From assembly GCA_963708135.1 (NCBI GenBank), contig OY970192.1:4576001-4640000 (forward strand): DNA of 64,000 nt, in the 5' to 3' direction. The stretch comes from an uncultured Gemmatimonadales bacterium. Lineage in GTDB: Bacteria; Gemmatimonadota; Gemmatimonadetes; Longimicrobiales; RSA9. Made by a program: the position numbers and the translations under genes. This document shows positions 28,620 through 37,929 of this stretch, piece by piece (the stretch's first letter is position 1; each line of letters begins with the position of its first letter). The notes below the pieces were generated by a model that worked only from the letters and a program-made list of their open reading frames with translations, did no database searches and was not told the origin of the DNA.

Positions 28620-28841
28620 GTGAGCGGACGAGAGCAGGTGCGGAACGGCGCGCGACGGCGTCGCCCGCGAGGCCGGCAGCCGTATACCTTCGTGCTCGAC
28701 CACGAGCTGGTCGAGCGGGCGCGGCGAGAGGTGAGCGAGGGCGAGGTGGTGCGCAGCATCGAGGCGGCGCTCGCCGCCGCGATCGACTACCAGCTCTGGG
28801 TGCGCGAGGTGAGTGCCGGAGAGCGGGACGTGCTCGGCTGA
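28620..28841 (+). CDS. Small hypothetical protein, possible ribbon-helix-helix/antitoxin-like (73 aa)
   Basis: GGAGG RBS plus GTG; YTFVLDHELVERARR...IEAAL strand-helix-helix pattern. Confidence 0.5.
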   Translation: MSGREQVRNGARRRRPRGRQPYTFVLDHELVERARREVSEGEVVRSIEAALAAAIDYQLWVREVSAGERDVLG

Positions 28842-28858
28842 GCCCCGCTCGCCGCCTG

Positions 28859-29836
28859 CTACCGCGGGCCGCGGGCGATGCGGACGCCGAAGCGGTGCAC
28901 CGCGCCGAAGAAATCGAGGTTCTGGTAGGTGTAGTCGAGGGCAATGCGGCCGAGGGTGAGGCCGCCGCCGAAGTCGACCGCGCCGAGCCCGCCGGCGCCC
29001 TGCCCCGCGTCGTAGCCGAGGCGGGCCACCGCGCCGAGCCCGCCGGTCCGGGCGGGAAACAGGCCGGCCTCGATCCCGGTCGCGAGCCCGCCGGTGCTCT
29101 CGCGGAGCCGGGCCACGTAGTCGGCGGAGACGAGCACGCCTAGTCCGCCGGCCGAGGCGGCCTCGAAGGTAACGCCGGCGCGCCCCTCAGTGGGCAGGCG
29201 CGCGCCCTGCGCGCCCGAGGTGGATCCGCCCAGGTTGCGCAGCGAGGCGCCGAGCGTGAGCCCGGGCAGCGCGACGAACTGGGCACCGGCATCGAAGAGG
29301 GGCGCACCGCTGGTCTGTCCGGCAAGGCTCGTGGACACGAAGCCCGCACCGGCGCCCAGCCGCAGGCGCCCCTGCATGAGCGGCAGCCCGAACGAGAGGC
29401 GGGCGGCGCTCTCGCTGGCCGAGACGCTCTCGCCGGTGGCCTGGCCGCGCTGCCCCCCGAAGGCGGGATCGGGCGTCACCACGTCGATCGAGCCTTCGTT
29501 CAGGAACACGCCGCCCGCGCCGAGCGTCAGCGGGCCGACGCGGAGCGCGCCGGAGGCGGAGATGAGCGAGACATCCTGGACGAAGCGCTCGTAGGAGACC
29601 GCGCCGCCGGCGTCGAGCGAGGCGAGCCCGGCGGGGTTGTAGAAGAGCACGTCCGGGTCGCCGCCAGCTGCCGCGTAGGCGCCGGAGAGCGCGGCGGCGC
29701 GACTGCCCGCGGGCATTTGGAGCACCTGCGCGCCGGTGGAGCCGGCGCCGCTCTGGGCGGCGGCGGGCGCGGCGAGGGCGAGCGCCGCCGCGGCGGCGAG
29801 GGCGTGGAGCGGCAGATTCAGCGCGTGCTTCGGCAT
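28859..29836 (-). CDS. PorV/PorQ-family outer-membrane beta-barrel
   Basis: Signal peptide, L..P.G.R.AAL.GA..A...D....FYNPAGL, alternating beta strands, DY.Y...FG.VHRFG terminus. Confidence 0.8.
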   Translation of the reverse strand: MPKHALNLPLHALAAAAALALAAPAAAQSGAGSTGAQVLQMPAGSRAAALSGAYAAAGGDPDVLFYNPAGLASLDAGGAVSYERFVQDVSLISASGALRVGPLTLGAGGVFLNEGSIDVVTPDPAFGGQRGQATGESVSASESAARLSFGLPLMQGRLRLGAGAGFVSTSLAGQTSGAPLFDAGAQFVALPGLTLGASLRNLGGSTSGAQGARLPTEGRAGVTFEAASAGGLGVLVSADYVARLRESTGGLATGIEAGLFPARTGGLGAVARLGYDAGQGAGGLGAVDFGGGLTLGRIALDYTYQNLDFFGAVHRFGVRIARGPR

Positions 29837-29840
29837 TTCG

Positions 29841-32800
29841 TTACTCCTGCGCCCCGGGGGCGGAGCCGAGGATCATGAGCTTCTTTCGGACCACCTGACC
29901 GGCGACGTCGAAGACCACGAGGTAAAGCCCGGGCGCGACCCTGCTGCCCTCGTCGTTCGTGAGATCCCAGTCCACCCGGCCGTCGGAGTCGAGCCGTGGC
30001 AGCAGGTCCGTGACCCGCCGGCCAGCGAGGGTGAAGACGCCGGCCACGGTCGGTCGCTCGCTGAAGTCGAAGATGACGTGGCCATGGCGGACCGGGTTCT
30101 CGCTCAGGGCGAAGACCTCATCCGGCGCGAGCACGCTGCTCGTGGCGAGCGTGGAGGTGACGGCCGAGGTGGGGCCGTCGACGCGGTCGGCGGCCTGCGA
30201 GAGAGTGCCCAGCGTGCGGGTGTCCTGTGGCACCAGCGTCGCCTGGAAGGTGGCGCCGTTCGGCGCCGTCCCGCTGAGCGCGAGGGCGATGACCAGGGAC
30301 ACGGAATCGTGCGCCTCCAGCGTCAGCGACTGGAAGGCGAGCTCGACCGTGACCGGCGCGCCCGGGCGGAGCATCGCGGGAGCGGAGGCGAGGACCGGCT
30401 CATCGGCCGCGGCCGCGCCATCGTGGTTCACGTCGCGAACGGCGAGCACGGTGGCGGCGCTGTCCGTCCCCGTGACCTGCACGCCGAGGCGCTTCAGCTG
30501 CACCGGCTCGTACCCGTTCACCCGGAGGTCCACGGCCAGAAGTGGGAGCCGGGTGCCCGAGGGGCCGTAGACGGGCTTCGAGCGCGCGGCAGAGCCGCCG
30601 CTCACGGCCAGGGTAGCGGGCGGCGCGACGAGGACGGCGGCGCTGTCCCGCTTGACGCCCGCCGTGACGACGATGTAGGCGGTCCCGGTCTCGAGGGCGC
30701 TCACGCGGCCGGCGCCATCCACACTCGCGACGGCCGGATTCGTGGACGCCCACGTCAGCTCCGCCGCGACCTGCTGCCCGATCGAGTTCAGCGCGTGCGC
30801 CGTCATCTGGCGCTTCTCGCCCTGCACCAGCGTGTCGGCGTGCGGGCTGACCAGCACGCTGGCAATGGCGCCGGGGTCAGCCAGCAGCACGTCCAGCGCC
30901 GTCTTCACGTTCAGCTTCCCGTACCCCCACCAGTCCTCGGGCGAGCCGCCCGCGTCGTAGATGTGGCCGGTAAAAGCATCATGGGCGGCGGTGTTCGAGA
31001 GCAGCTGTCGCACGCCGGCCGCATCGAGCGAGGGGTCCAGCTGCAGCATGAGCGCCACGCCGCCCGTGACGTGCGGCGTGGCCATGCTCGTCCCCTCGAG
31101 CGCCCAGTGCACGCCATCGGTCGTGATGCGATTCGGCGTCACCGTCGCATCGCGAGAGAGCGAGGATACCACGGAGATGCCGGGAGCGGTGATCTCGGGC
31201 TTCAACACCCCATCGGCGCGGGGACCGGCGCCGGAGAAGCGGGCAATGTCCCCGATCTGCTCCCACTGCAGGAAGCACGTGTAGCCGGTGAAGCCGGTGA
31301 CGGGACAGTGCCCCGCCGGGGAGGGCCAGGCCATGCGCGTGGCGTACGCGCCGACCGTGATCACCGAGTTGGCGTCCCCGGGAGAGGCGACGACGTAGCG
31401 ATCGTCGAAGCCGGTCGCGCCGATGGCGCCCACCCCGCCGCCGTAGCTGAGCCAGAAGTGGAACGGCCGGCCCGACTCGGCGTGCGCGGCGCTGACGCGC
31501 AGCGTCCAGGTGCCTGACCCGGGGGCATCGGCGGCGTCGCCGCAGTCGTTGGCCTGGATGATGGCCCCAACGTCGTGGTTGTTCGGGTCGGGGCCGGTGG
31601 AGCCGTTGTCGAGGTAGATGTCACCCGTGCCGGCGACGGAGTCCGTCTGCTGCCCGCGTTTCGCGAGCAGGCTGGTCCCATCGGGGCGCTCGAGCGTCAG
31701 CTCGAGGGAGTCGGCGCCCGGATACCAGAAATCCAGCTGGAAGTAGTCGTTGCAGGAGCCGTCGGCCGGAGTGTAGCTCGGGATGCTCACGGTGTACGCG
31801 TCCGAGGCGCCGGTGGCCAGCTGGCCCATCCCGTGGATCAGGGGGAGCACGGAGGAGGAGGGGGGCGTGGAGCCCGGGGGCGTATAGGTGTCGCCGTTTG
31901 CGCCGTCGTTCCCGGCCGCCACGACCACGACGAAGCTGTCCCGGGAGAGCGCATCGATGGCGCGCTCGAAGCTCGAGGTGCCGTCGTGCGGGCCGCCCTC
32001 GCCGCCGAGCGAGAGGTTCACGACCGCCGGCTGCCGCAGGGCTCGGGCGCGGTCGGAGAGCCAGACGAGTCCGTCCAGGATCTGGTTGTCCGAGAAGCTG
32101 CCGTTGCCGCCCTTGACGACGAGGATGTCCGCGGCCGGCGCCACGCCCGCGTACTGGTACGCGGTGCCGCCCGTGCCGGCGGCCGAGCCATCGCCGGCCG
32201 CGGTCCCCGTGACGTGCGTGCCGTGCCCGTTCACGTCCTTTTCGGAGCAGCCGGCGGCGCCGTCGATGGCCGCCTGGATCTCGGCCCGCGTGCAGTAGTT
32301 GCCATACAGGGGCGTGCCGTCCGAGAGCGACGGCGCGGAGCCGGGGACCGTCTGGTCCCAGAGCCCCAGCAGGCGGGTTTTCCCGGCGCCGTCGAGGAAA
32401 TCGTCGTGCCGGAAGTCGAGCCCCGTATCGTAGACGCCGACAATGACGCCCTGGCCCGCGGCGCCGGTCCACGTGCTGCCCGAGCGCTGGCGCACCTCGT
32501 CGGCGTGGATCGAGTGGATCCCGGAGTCATTGGCCACGCGGATCGTGCGCGCGGCCTCGATGGAGACCACGCGCCGCGAGCCGCCGAGATCCTGCACGGC
32601 CGATATCGGCAGGCGTGCGCTCACCATGAAGGTGCCGCCGGGCATCGCAACGACGGCGCCGACCTGGCCGCCGCGGGCGCGCAGATCCTCCACCTCCCCG
32701 CGGTCGCTGACCTCGACGAGCACGCCGACCCGGACGGTGCCGGACGCATCCCGGTCGAGCGCCAGCAGCGCGCCGAGCGGCCGCTCGGCGGCCGGCGCCC

Positions 32801-32969
32801 CGGGGCGTAGCCCGGGGGACGACTCGATGGTCGAGCGGTGGGAGCGCGACAGGAGCAGCCGGAGCGTCGGGCCGATGTAAGGTCCGCCCTGCCGTTGCTG
32901 CGCCGGCGCGGCCGAGGGGGCCAGCAGCACGGCGAGGAGCGGAGCCGACCGGAGGAGAGAGGCCTTCAT
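29841..32969 (-). CDS. Secreted S8 subtilase with Csp-like insert, Ig-like (Big_2) domain and T9SS-like C-terminal domain
   Basis: Catalytic D (YDTG), H (HGTHVTG), S (GTSMATPHV); W.S.NP.VA.V Big_2; C-terminal ENP...VFTLAGRRV...WD..N..G..VAPGLY.....KKLMIL. Confidence 0.9.
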   Translation of the reverse strand: MKASLLRSAPLLAVLLAPSAAPAQQRQGGPYIGPTLRLLLSRSHRSTIESSPGLRPGAPAAERPLGALLALDRDASGTVRVGVLVEVSDRGEVEDLRARGGQVGAVVAMPGGTFMVSARLPISAVQDLGGSRRVVSIEAARTIRVANDSGIHSIHADEVRQRSGSTWTGAAGQGVIVGVYDTGLDFRHDDFLDGAGKTRLLGLWDQTVPGSAPSLSDGTPLYGNYCTRAEIQAAIDGAAGCSEKDVNGHGTHVTGTAAGDGSAAGTGGTAYQYAGVAPAADILVVKGGNGSFSDNQILDGLVWLSDRARALRQPAVVNLSLGGEGGPHDGTSSFERAIDALSRDSFVVVVAAGNDGANGDTYTPPGSTPPSSSVLPLIHGMGQLATGASDAYTVSIPSYTPADGSCNDYFQLDFWYPGADSLELTLERPDGTSLLAKRGQQTDSVAGTGDIYLDNGSTGPDPNNHDVGAIIQANDCGDAADAPGSGTWTLRVSAAHAESGRPFHFWLSYGGGVGAIGATGFDDRYVVASPGDANSVITVGAYATRMAWPSPAGHCPVTGFTGYTCFLQWEQIGDIARFSGAGPRADGVLKPEITAPGISVVSSLSRDATVTPNRITTDGVHWALEGTSMATPHVTGGVALMLQLDPSLDAAGVRQLLSNTAAHDAFTGHIYDAGGSPEDWWGYGKLNVKTALDVLLADPGAIASVLVSPHADTLVQGEKRQMTAHALNSIGQQVAAELTWASTNPAVASVDGAGRVSALETGTAYIVVTAGVKRDSAAVLVAPPATLAVSGGSAARSKPVYGPSGTRLPLLAVDLRVNGYEPVQLKRLGVQVTGTDSAATVLAVRDVNHDGAAAADEPVLASAPAMLRPGAPVTVELAFQSLTLEAHDSVSLVIALALSGTAPNGATFQATLVPQDTRTLGTLSQAADRVDGPTSAVTSTLATSSVLAPDEVFALSENPVRHGHVIFDFSERPTVAGVFTLAGRRVTDLLPRLDSDGRVDWDLTNDEGSRVAPGLYLVVFDVAGQVVRKKLMILGSAPGAQE

Positions 32970-33346
32970 CAGCGATTTCGTCCATGGCGTGAGGGCGGCG
33001 CGGCCGGCGGCCGCGAGACGGGAATCTGCCGGGCGAGCTCCGCGTAGATGACGAACGACAGCTTCGCGAGCCCGGGCGCATCCGCGGCGCGGATCCGCCC
33101 CGTCACCACATCGCCGGCCACGGTCCCGAGCGAGAGGCCGGCGCGGCGGAGCGCGTCCCGCTCGGAGACGGCCGGCGGCGCGGCCAGCCGGACCAGCACG
33201 CCGACCATCGAATCCGGCGCCTGCCGCCCGACGGCGACGAGCCTCGGATCGAGCCGGCGCTCGGCCTCGGGGCGGTGCGCCGCCGCATGGCAGGCGGCGA
33301 GCGCCGCGGCGGCCGCGCCCAGCGCGAACATGGCGCGGGTGAGCAT
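32969..33346 (-). CDS. Lipoprotein resembling a free-standing subtilase propeptide (I9-like)
   Basis: Lipobox LAAC; by-eye similarity to the prodomain of the downstream S8; TGATG overlap with S8 start. Confidence 0.65.
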   Translation of the reverse strand: MLTRAMFALGAAAAALAACHAAAHRPEAERRLDPRLVAVGRQAPDSMVGVLVRLAAPPAVSERDALRRAGLSLGTVAGDVVTGRIRAADAPGLAKLSFVIYAELARQIPVSRPPAAPPSRHGRNR

Positions 33347-33485
33347 GCTCCTGAGGGGCTGGAGACCGGGTAACTCTTGGGCTGTGCGTCGGTTGTGGCT
33401 ACCCCCGCCGGCGGGAGACAGTTCCCGCGCAAGCAGGCAGGCGGAGGCGGGCGCTCCCACCCCTCGGGCGCAGTCGCTGCTGCCG

Positions 33486-34784
33486 TCAGCCGACAATGGC
33501 GGCTACTCGGTCGAGCGCCTGCAGCTGCTCGGCAATGCGCCGCGTCGCGGCGGAAGGCGAGAGCGGCGGGGGCGCGGGAAGGGCGACGAGCCCCTCGTCG
33601 CCCGCGGCAGCGAAGGCGGGGAGGAGCTCCTCCAGGGCGGCCTCGAGCTCCGGGAAGCTCCTGCGGCGTGCCAGGGCCCGCACCTGCTCGAGGTGGGCGC
33701 GGGCCGGTCTCGTGTGCCCGAGCAGGGCTTCGGCCTGGCCGAGCCGCAGGTGGGCGAACGCGCGCGCCCATGGAGCCGCCAGCTCCGGCGTCAACTCCGC
33801 CTCGACCGCCGCGCCGCGCGATTCGAATCCCGCCCGATCCCCCGCCTCGGCCGCGGAGAGCGCATGCTCCGCTCGCGCCGCCCACGTGGTTCGCGGGGAG
33901 GGATCGGCGGCAGCGGCGAGCGCGTAGGCGTGGTCGGCCGCGGCAAAGAGACGCAGCCGCCGCAGCGCGGCACCGAGCGTCAGCAGGCCGCGGGCGCGGG
34001 TCTCCTCGTCATCGCTCCGCTGGAGGGCCGCCCAGCCGTATTCCACCGCTCGATCGGCGTCTCCGGCCGCCAGCTCGAGTGAAGCCAGCGCCGCCGCCGC
34101 CGCCGCCGCGACCCGCGCATCCGCCCACGTCCCGCCACGCTCGGCCACCTCTCCGAGCGTGGAGCGGGCGCGCTCGATCTGCCCGGCACTGGCCGCCAGC
34201 GAGGCGAGCCCCACCATTGCGCGCGCCCACCCAATGTGGTCGTCCAGCTCGAGCGCCAGCGCAGCCGCGCGACTGAGGCAGTCACGGGCCGCCTCCGCCT
34301 GCCCGCTCACGCGCAGCAGGTCGCCCAGCCGGCGGAGCGCCGCCCCCTTGCCCGTCCGTTGCCCGTTCGCCTCGGCGAGCTCGTACGCCGTCCGGTAGAA
34401 CTCCTCCGCCGCCCAGCGGTAGCCGGTCTCCTCCGCCGTCGCTCCCATGTCGAGCGCGCCCTCCACCAGTGCCGCCGGCGTCCGCTGCCGGATGCGATGG
34501 AGGAAGTGCGCGAGGTGACCGCGCTCCGCGTCCCGCGATGGCAGCTGCCCCAGCTCCTCCCTGACCCCCTCGAGCTGCCGCTCGAGCGAGTCCGCCGAAA
34601 CGCCGTCGATGCCGTTCTCCAGCAGTCGCCTCAGGGGCTGCACCGCCAGGAAGTGCAGCCGCGCGCGCCGGCCCAGCTCCGCGTCGCGCTCATCCCGCTC
34701 CAGGTCGCGAAGGGCCAGCCACCCCGGCAACGCCTCCCCGCGCTCCGGTGGGGCAAGAGGGGCGATCCGATCGTAGCGCGCCAT
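33486..34784 (-). CDS. Tetratricopeptide-repeat-like helical protein
   Basis: Repeats such as ALRRLGDLLRVSGQAEAARDCLSRAAAL and AHLRLGQAEALLG; starts 2 nt after the AraC stop. Confidence 0.7.
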   Translation of the reverse strand: MARYDRIAPLAPPERGEALPGWLALRDLERDERDAELGRRARLHFLAVQPLRRLLENGIDGVSADSLERQLEGVREELGQLPSRDAERGHLAHFLHRIRQRTPAALVEGALDMGATAEETGYRWAAEEFYRTAYELAEANGQRTGKGAALRRLGDLLRVSGQAEAARDCLSRAAALALELDDHIGWARAMVGLASLAASAGQIERARSTLGEVAERGGTWADARVAAAAAAALASLELAAGDADRAVEYGWAALQRSDDEETRARGLLTLGAALRRLRLFAAADHAYALAAAADPSPRTTWAARAEHALSAAEAGDRAGFESRGAAVEAELTPELAAPWARAFAHLRLGQAEALLGHTRPARAHLEQVRALARRRSFPELEAALEELLPAFAAAGDEGLVALPAPPPLSPSAATRRIAEQLQALDRVAAIVG

Positions 34785-34786
34785 AC

Positions 34787-35575
34787 TCAGGCTCCCGTCT
34801 CGCTCGCGCCGCGCCGCTCGCCCGGACACTCACCGGCGAGCAGCTCCACCGCACGCTCGAACCCTTTCGCGTTCCGCAGCGGCGAGGGGCGGCCGCCGAT
34901 CGTCGCCTTGATGGCCCGGCGAAACGCCGCTCCCGACGAGTAGCCCAGTTGATACGCCACCGACTCGACGCTGCGCCCCGGCTCCAGAAGCCAGCGCAGG
35001 CCGTACAGCACCCGCAGCCAGAGCAGCAGGCGACCCGGCGTCGGCAGCCCCCACCGCTCGCACCGCCGCTCCAGCGTCAACACCGACATGTCGAACGCCC
35101 GCGCCAGCGCCGGCACCTGGATCCTGTCCGGGATGCGCTCCGCCGCGTGGCGGATCACGGCGCGCGCTTCCGCCCCGACCCCCCGCTCGAGCCGCTCCTC
35201 GAGGATCGTGGCCAGACCCCGACCAAGCACGCCACGGAGCACCTCCGCCACAAGCTCCGCGTCATCCGCCTGCCGCGCGACCACAACCTCCGCCGCCCCC
35301 GCCTTGCCCACCCGGTACAGCTCGCGCCCATCCATGTCGCCCCACGCCACCAGCGGCGTGAACGGATAGCGCTGCGAGAACCGGTAGACCCGCAGCGCGC
35401 CATCCTTGCGGACCTCCGCGTGCAGGTCCGTCACCACCGCGGCCACGGGATCGCGCCGCACCCGACGGTAGAGGTCGCGCCAGCTCTCGGCCCACGCGAG
35501 CTCGTGCGGAGCGGAGGCCGCCCTCAGCGCCTGCTGGTCGGCGGGGTTGGGCAGGAGCGCGGCGATGAGAGGCAT
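34787..35575 (-). CDS. AraC-family transcriptional regulator with receiver-like N-terminus
   Basis: LARAFDMS..TLERR and SVESVAYQLGYSSGAAFRRA double HTH. Confidence 0.85.
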   Translation of the reverse strand: MPLIAALLPNPADQQALRAASAPHELAWAESWRDLYRRVRRDPVAAVVTDLHAEVRKDGALRVYRFSQRYPFTPLVAWGDMDGRELYRVGKAGAAEVVVARQADDAELVAEVLRGVLGRGLATILEERLERGVGAEARAVIRHAAERIPDRIQVPALARAFDMSVLTLERRCERWGLPTPGRLLLWLRVLYGLRWLLEPGRSVESVAYQLGYSSGAAFRRAIKATIGGRPSPLRNAKGFERAVELLAGECPGERRGASETGA

Positions 35576-35736
35576 GGCGGCACCGTGTTTCAGAGTCTGT
35601 ATACAATGTCCGCCGGAGGCGGGAAGTCGCAGCCGGGCCGATCGAGGCCGCCGCGGCGAACCGTACCGGTCCCCGTACCGAAGTCTGAGCCCGCGTTGCG
35701 GGGTTCCCCTCGGGGGCGGGCGTCCGGGTGAGGCGG

Positions 35737-37665
35737 CTAGGCGGCCGACCCGGACGCGGCCGGTGTATCCAGGGTGTCCCGGTGGGGCGCGGCGCCGGGC
35801 TGGAGGAGGCCGGCCTCCAGCCAGATGTGCTCGCCGCACAGCACCTCCTGTGCGACGTTGTACTTGAAGTTGTCGTGGTTCCGGAACACATCGCGGAACA
35901 GGATGGCGATGCGCCGGCGGGCGTCGCGGCAGAAGAGGTCGGCCAGGCGCATCGGGCCGCGCGCATCTTCGGCGTCGCGCGCGAGCTGGCGCGCGTGCAC
36001 GCAGGTGGCACTCATGGCGAAGAGGAGCGCGCCGATGTCGACGATGCGGAAGAGCACGGCCTGCTTCTTCTCCAGCCGGGGTCCGAAGCGGACCATCGCG
36101 TAGAACAGGGTGCGCGCGAGCTTGCGCGCGGCGCGGTCGGCGAAGCGGAGGTGGCCTGCGAGCTCGCCATAGTGGTCGTAGCGGGGCCAGCGGCCCCAGC
36201 CGACCATGAGCCCGGGCACCCAGCCGGCGAGGTGGCCGGCGAGGCCGGCGGCGCCCCTGACCCGCTTGCCGAGCGCGGCATCAGGCTGGATGAAGGCGCC
36301 GGCGCGCGAGAGGTGGGGGTCGACGGCCTCGCGGGCGATGAAGAGGCGCATGATCTCGCTGGAGCCCTCGAAGATGGTGTTGATGCGGAGGTCTCGCATC
36401 GCGCGCTCGACCGGGACGGGCTCCTCGCCGCGCTCGGCCAAGGAGTGGGCCGTTTCATAGCCGCGCCCGCCGCGCACCTGCATGGTCTGGTCGATGACGC
36501 GCCAGGCGGTCTCCGAATTGAACATCTTGGCGACCGCCGCCTCGAGTCGGATGTCGGACTTGCCGGCGTCGGCGAGCGCCGCGGCGAGCTCCGCGACCGC
36601 TTCCATGGCGAAGGAGCTCGCCGCGATCTCCGCGAGCATGTCCGCCACGGCCTCGTGCCTGCCGATGGCGGCGCCCCACTGGTGCCGCTCGTTGCTCCAC
36701 TTCCGGGTCACCTCGACGCACCACTTGCCGGCCGCCGCGCAGCTCGCCGGGATCGTCAGCCGCCCCGTGTTCAGCGTGATCAGCGCGAGCTTGAGGCCCC
36801 TGCCCTCACCCCAGAGGATGTTTTCGTTCGGCACCCGCACGTTGGTGAGGCGGACGACGCCGTTCTCGATCCCGTGCAGCCCCATGAAGCTGCAGCGGTG
36901 GACGCTCTCCACGCCGGGCCAGGAAGCCTCCACGATGAAGGCGGTGATGCCGCGTCGCCCACCGGCTTTGCGCGCCGGCGTCCGCGCCATCACCACGAGG
37001 AGCTCCGCGATCGGCCCGTTCGTACACCACAGCTTCTCGCCGTTGATGATCCAGGCCGCGCCGTCCTCGGTCGGCTCCGCCGTGGCCTCCATCCGGGCAG
37101 GGTCCGAGCCGACGTCCGGCTCCGTCAGGGCGAACGCCGAGATCGCGCCCGCGGCCAGCCGCGGCAGGTACTTCCGCTTCTGCTCCTCCGTGCCGAACAT
37201 CTTGAGCGGCTGCGGGACCCCGATCGACTGGTGCGCCGAGAGCAGCACGCCGATCGGCGCGCAGTAGGTGCTGATCAGCGCGATGGCGCGGTTGTAGCTC
37301 GTCTGCGAGAGCCCCAGCCCGCCGTACTCCCGAGGGATCTTGATCCCGAACGCGCCAATCTGCCGGAGGCTCGCCACCACCGACTCGGGGATGCGGTCCT
37401 CCCGCTCAATCCGCTCGGGGTCCACCTCGGCCAGCAGGAACGAGCGCACCCGGTCCATGAACTCCGCCGCCCGGCGCTGCTCCTCCGGATCCGGCTCCGG
37501 GGGCGGATCCACGAGGTCCAGCCGCAGCTTGCCCAGGAACAGCTCCTTCACGAAGCTCGGCTTCCCCCACTCCGTCTCCCGCGCCGCTTCCGCGACCTGC
37601 CTCGCCTCCTGCTCCGAGACCTGCCGCCCGCCGTTGCGCTTCGAATCCTCAGGCGTGCTCGCCAT
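35737..37665 (-). CDS. Acyl-CoA dehydrogenase (long, VLCAD/FadE-like)
   Basis: AFALTEP.VGSD, NGEKLWCTNG, LN.GR, R.Q.G..I, RI..IFEG.SEI. Confidence 0.92.
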   Translation of the reverse strand: MASTPEDSKRNGGRQVSEQEARQVAEAARETEWGKPSFVKELFLGKLRLDLVDPPPEPDPEEQRRAAEFMDRVRSFLLAEVDPERIEREDRIPESVVASLRQIGAFGIKIPREYGGLGLSQTSYNRAIALISTYCAPIGVLLSAHQSIGVPQPLKMFGTEEQKRKYLPRLAAGAISAFALTEPDVGSDPARMEATAEPTEDGAAWIINGEKLWCTNGPIAELLVVMARTPARKAGGRRGITAFIVEASWPGVESVHRCSFMGLHGIENGVVRLTNVRVPNENILWGEGRGLKLALITLNTGRLTIPASCAAAGKWCVEVTRKWSNERHQWGAAIGRHEAVADMLAEIAASSFAMEAVAELAAALADAGKSDIRLEAAVAKMFNSETAWRVIDQTMQVRGGRGYETAHSLAERGEEPVPVERAMRDLRINTIFEGSSEIMRLFIAREAVDPHLSRAGAFIQPDAALGKRVRGAAGLAGHLAGWVPGLMVGWGRWPRYDHYGELAGHLRFADRAARKLARTLFYAMVRFGPRLEKKQAVLFRIVDIGALLFAMSATCVHARQLARDAEDARGPMRLADLFCRDARRRIAILFRDVFRNHDNFKYNVAQEVLCGEHIWLEAGLLQPGAAPHRDTLDTPAASGSAA

Positions 37666-37929
37666 GCCTCCCCCTTCCCGCGCTCGGCGCGCTGGCGCCA
37701 GGCCGGTTCCACCGGATGCGAACGTCAGGGATCGTGCCAAGATCGGTCGCCTCGAAGATACCCGCAGCGCCGGCACGGGCGCAAACCTGCCGCCAATGCC
37801 GAAAATCGTTGCGAAGACGGGGAGTTGTGGATTCGGCGAGCGGGTGGGAAGAGGCAGGTGCGGGGCGGTGTGGGCGGCGCCGCAGGGTTGCCGGCGGAGA
37901 CAATCCGCCCCGCCGGCCACACGTCGGGC

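Noticed and set aside
37725..37796. Sigma54-like TGGC-N-TTGC sites upstream of the large acyl-CoA dehydrogenase
   Set aside because: Imperfect matches, plausible by chance in GC-rich DNA; no activator in the window
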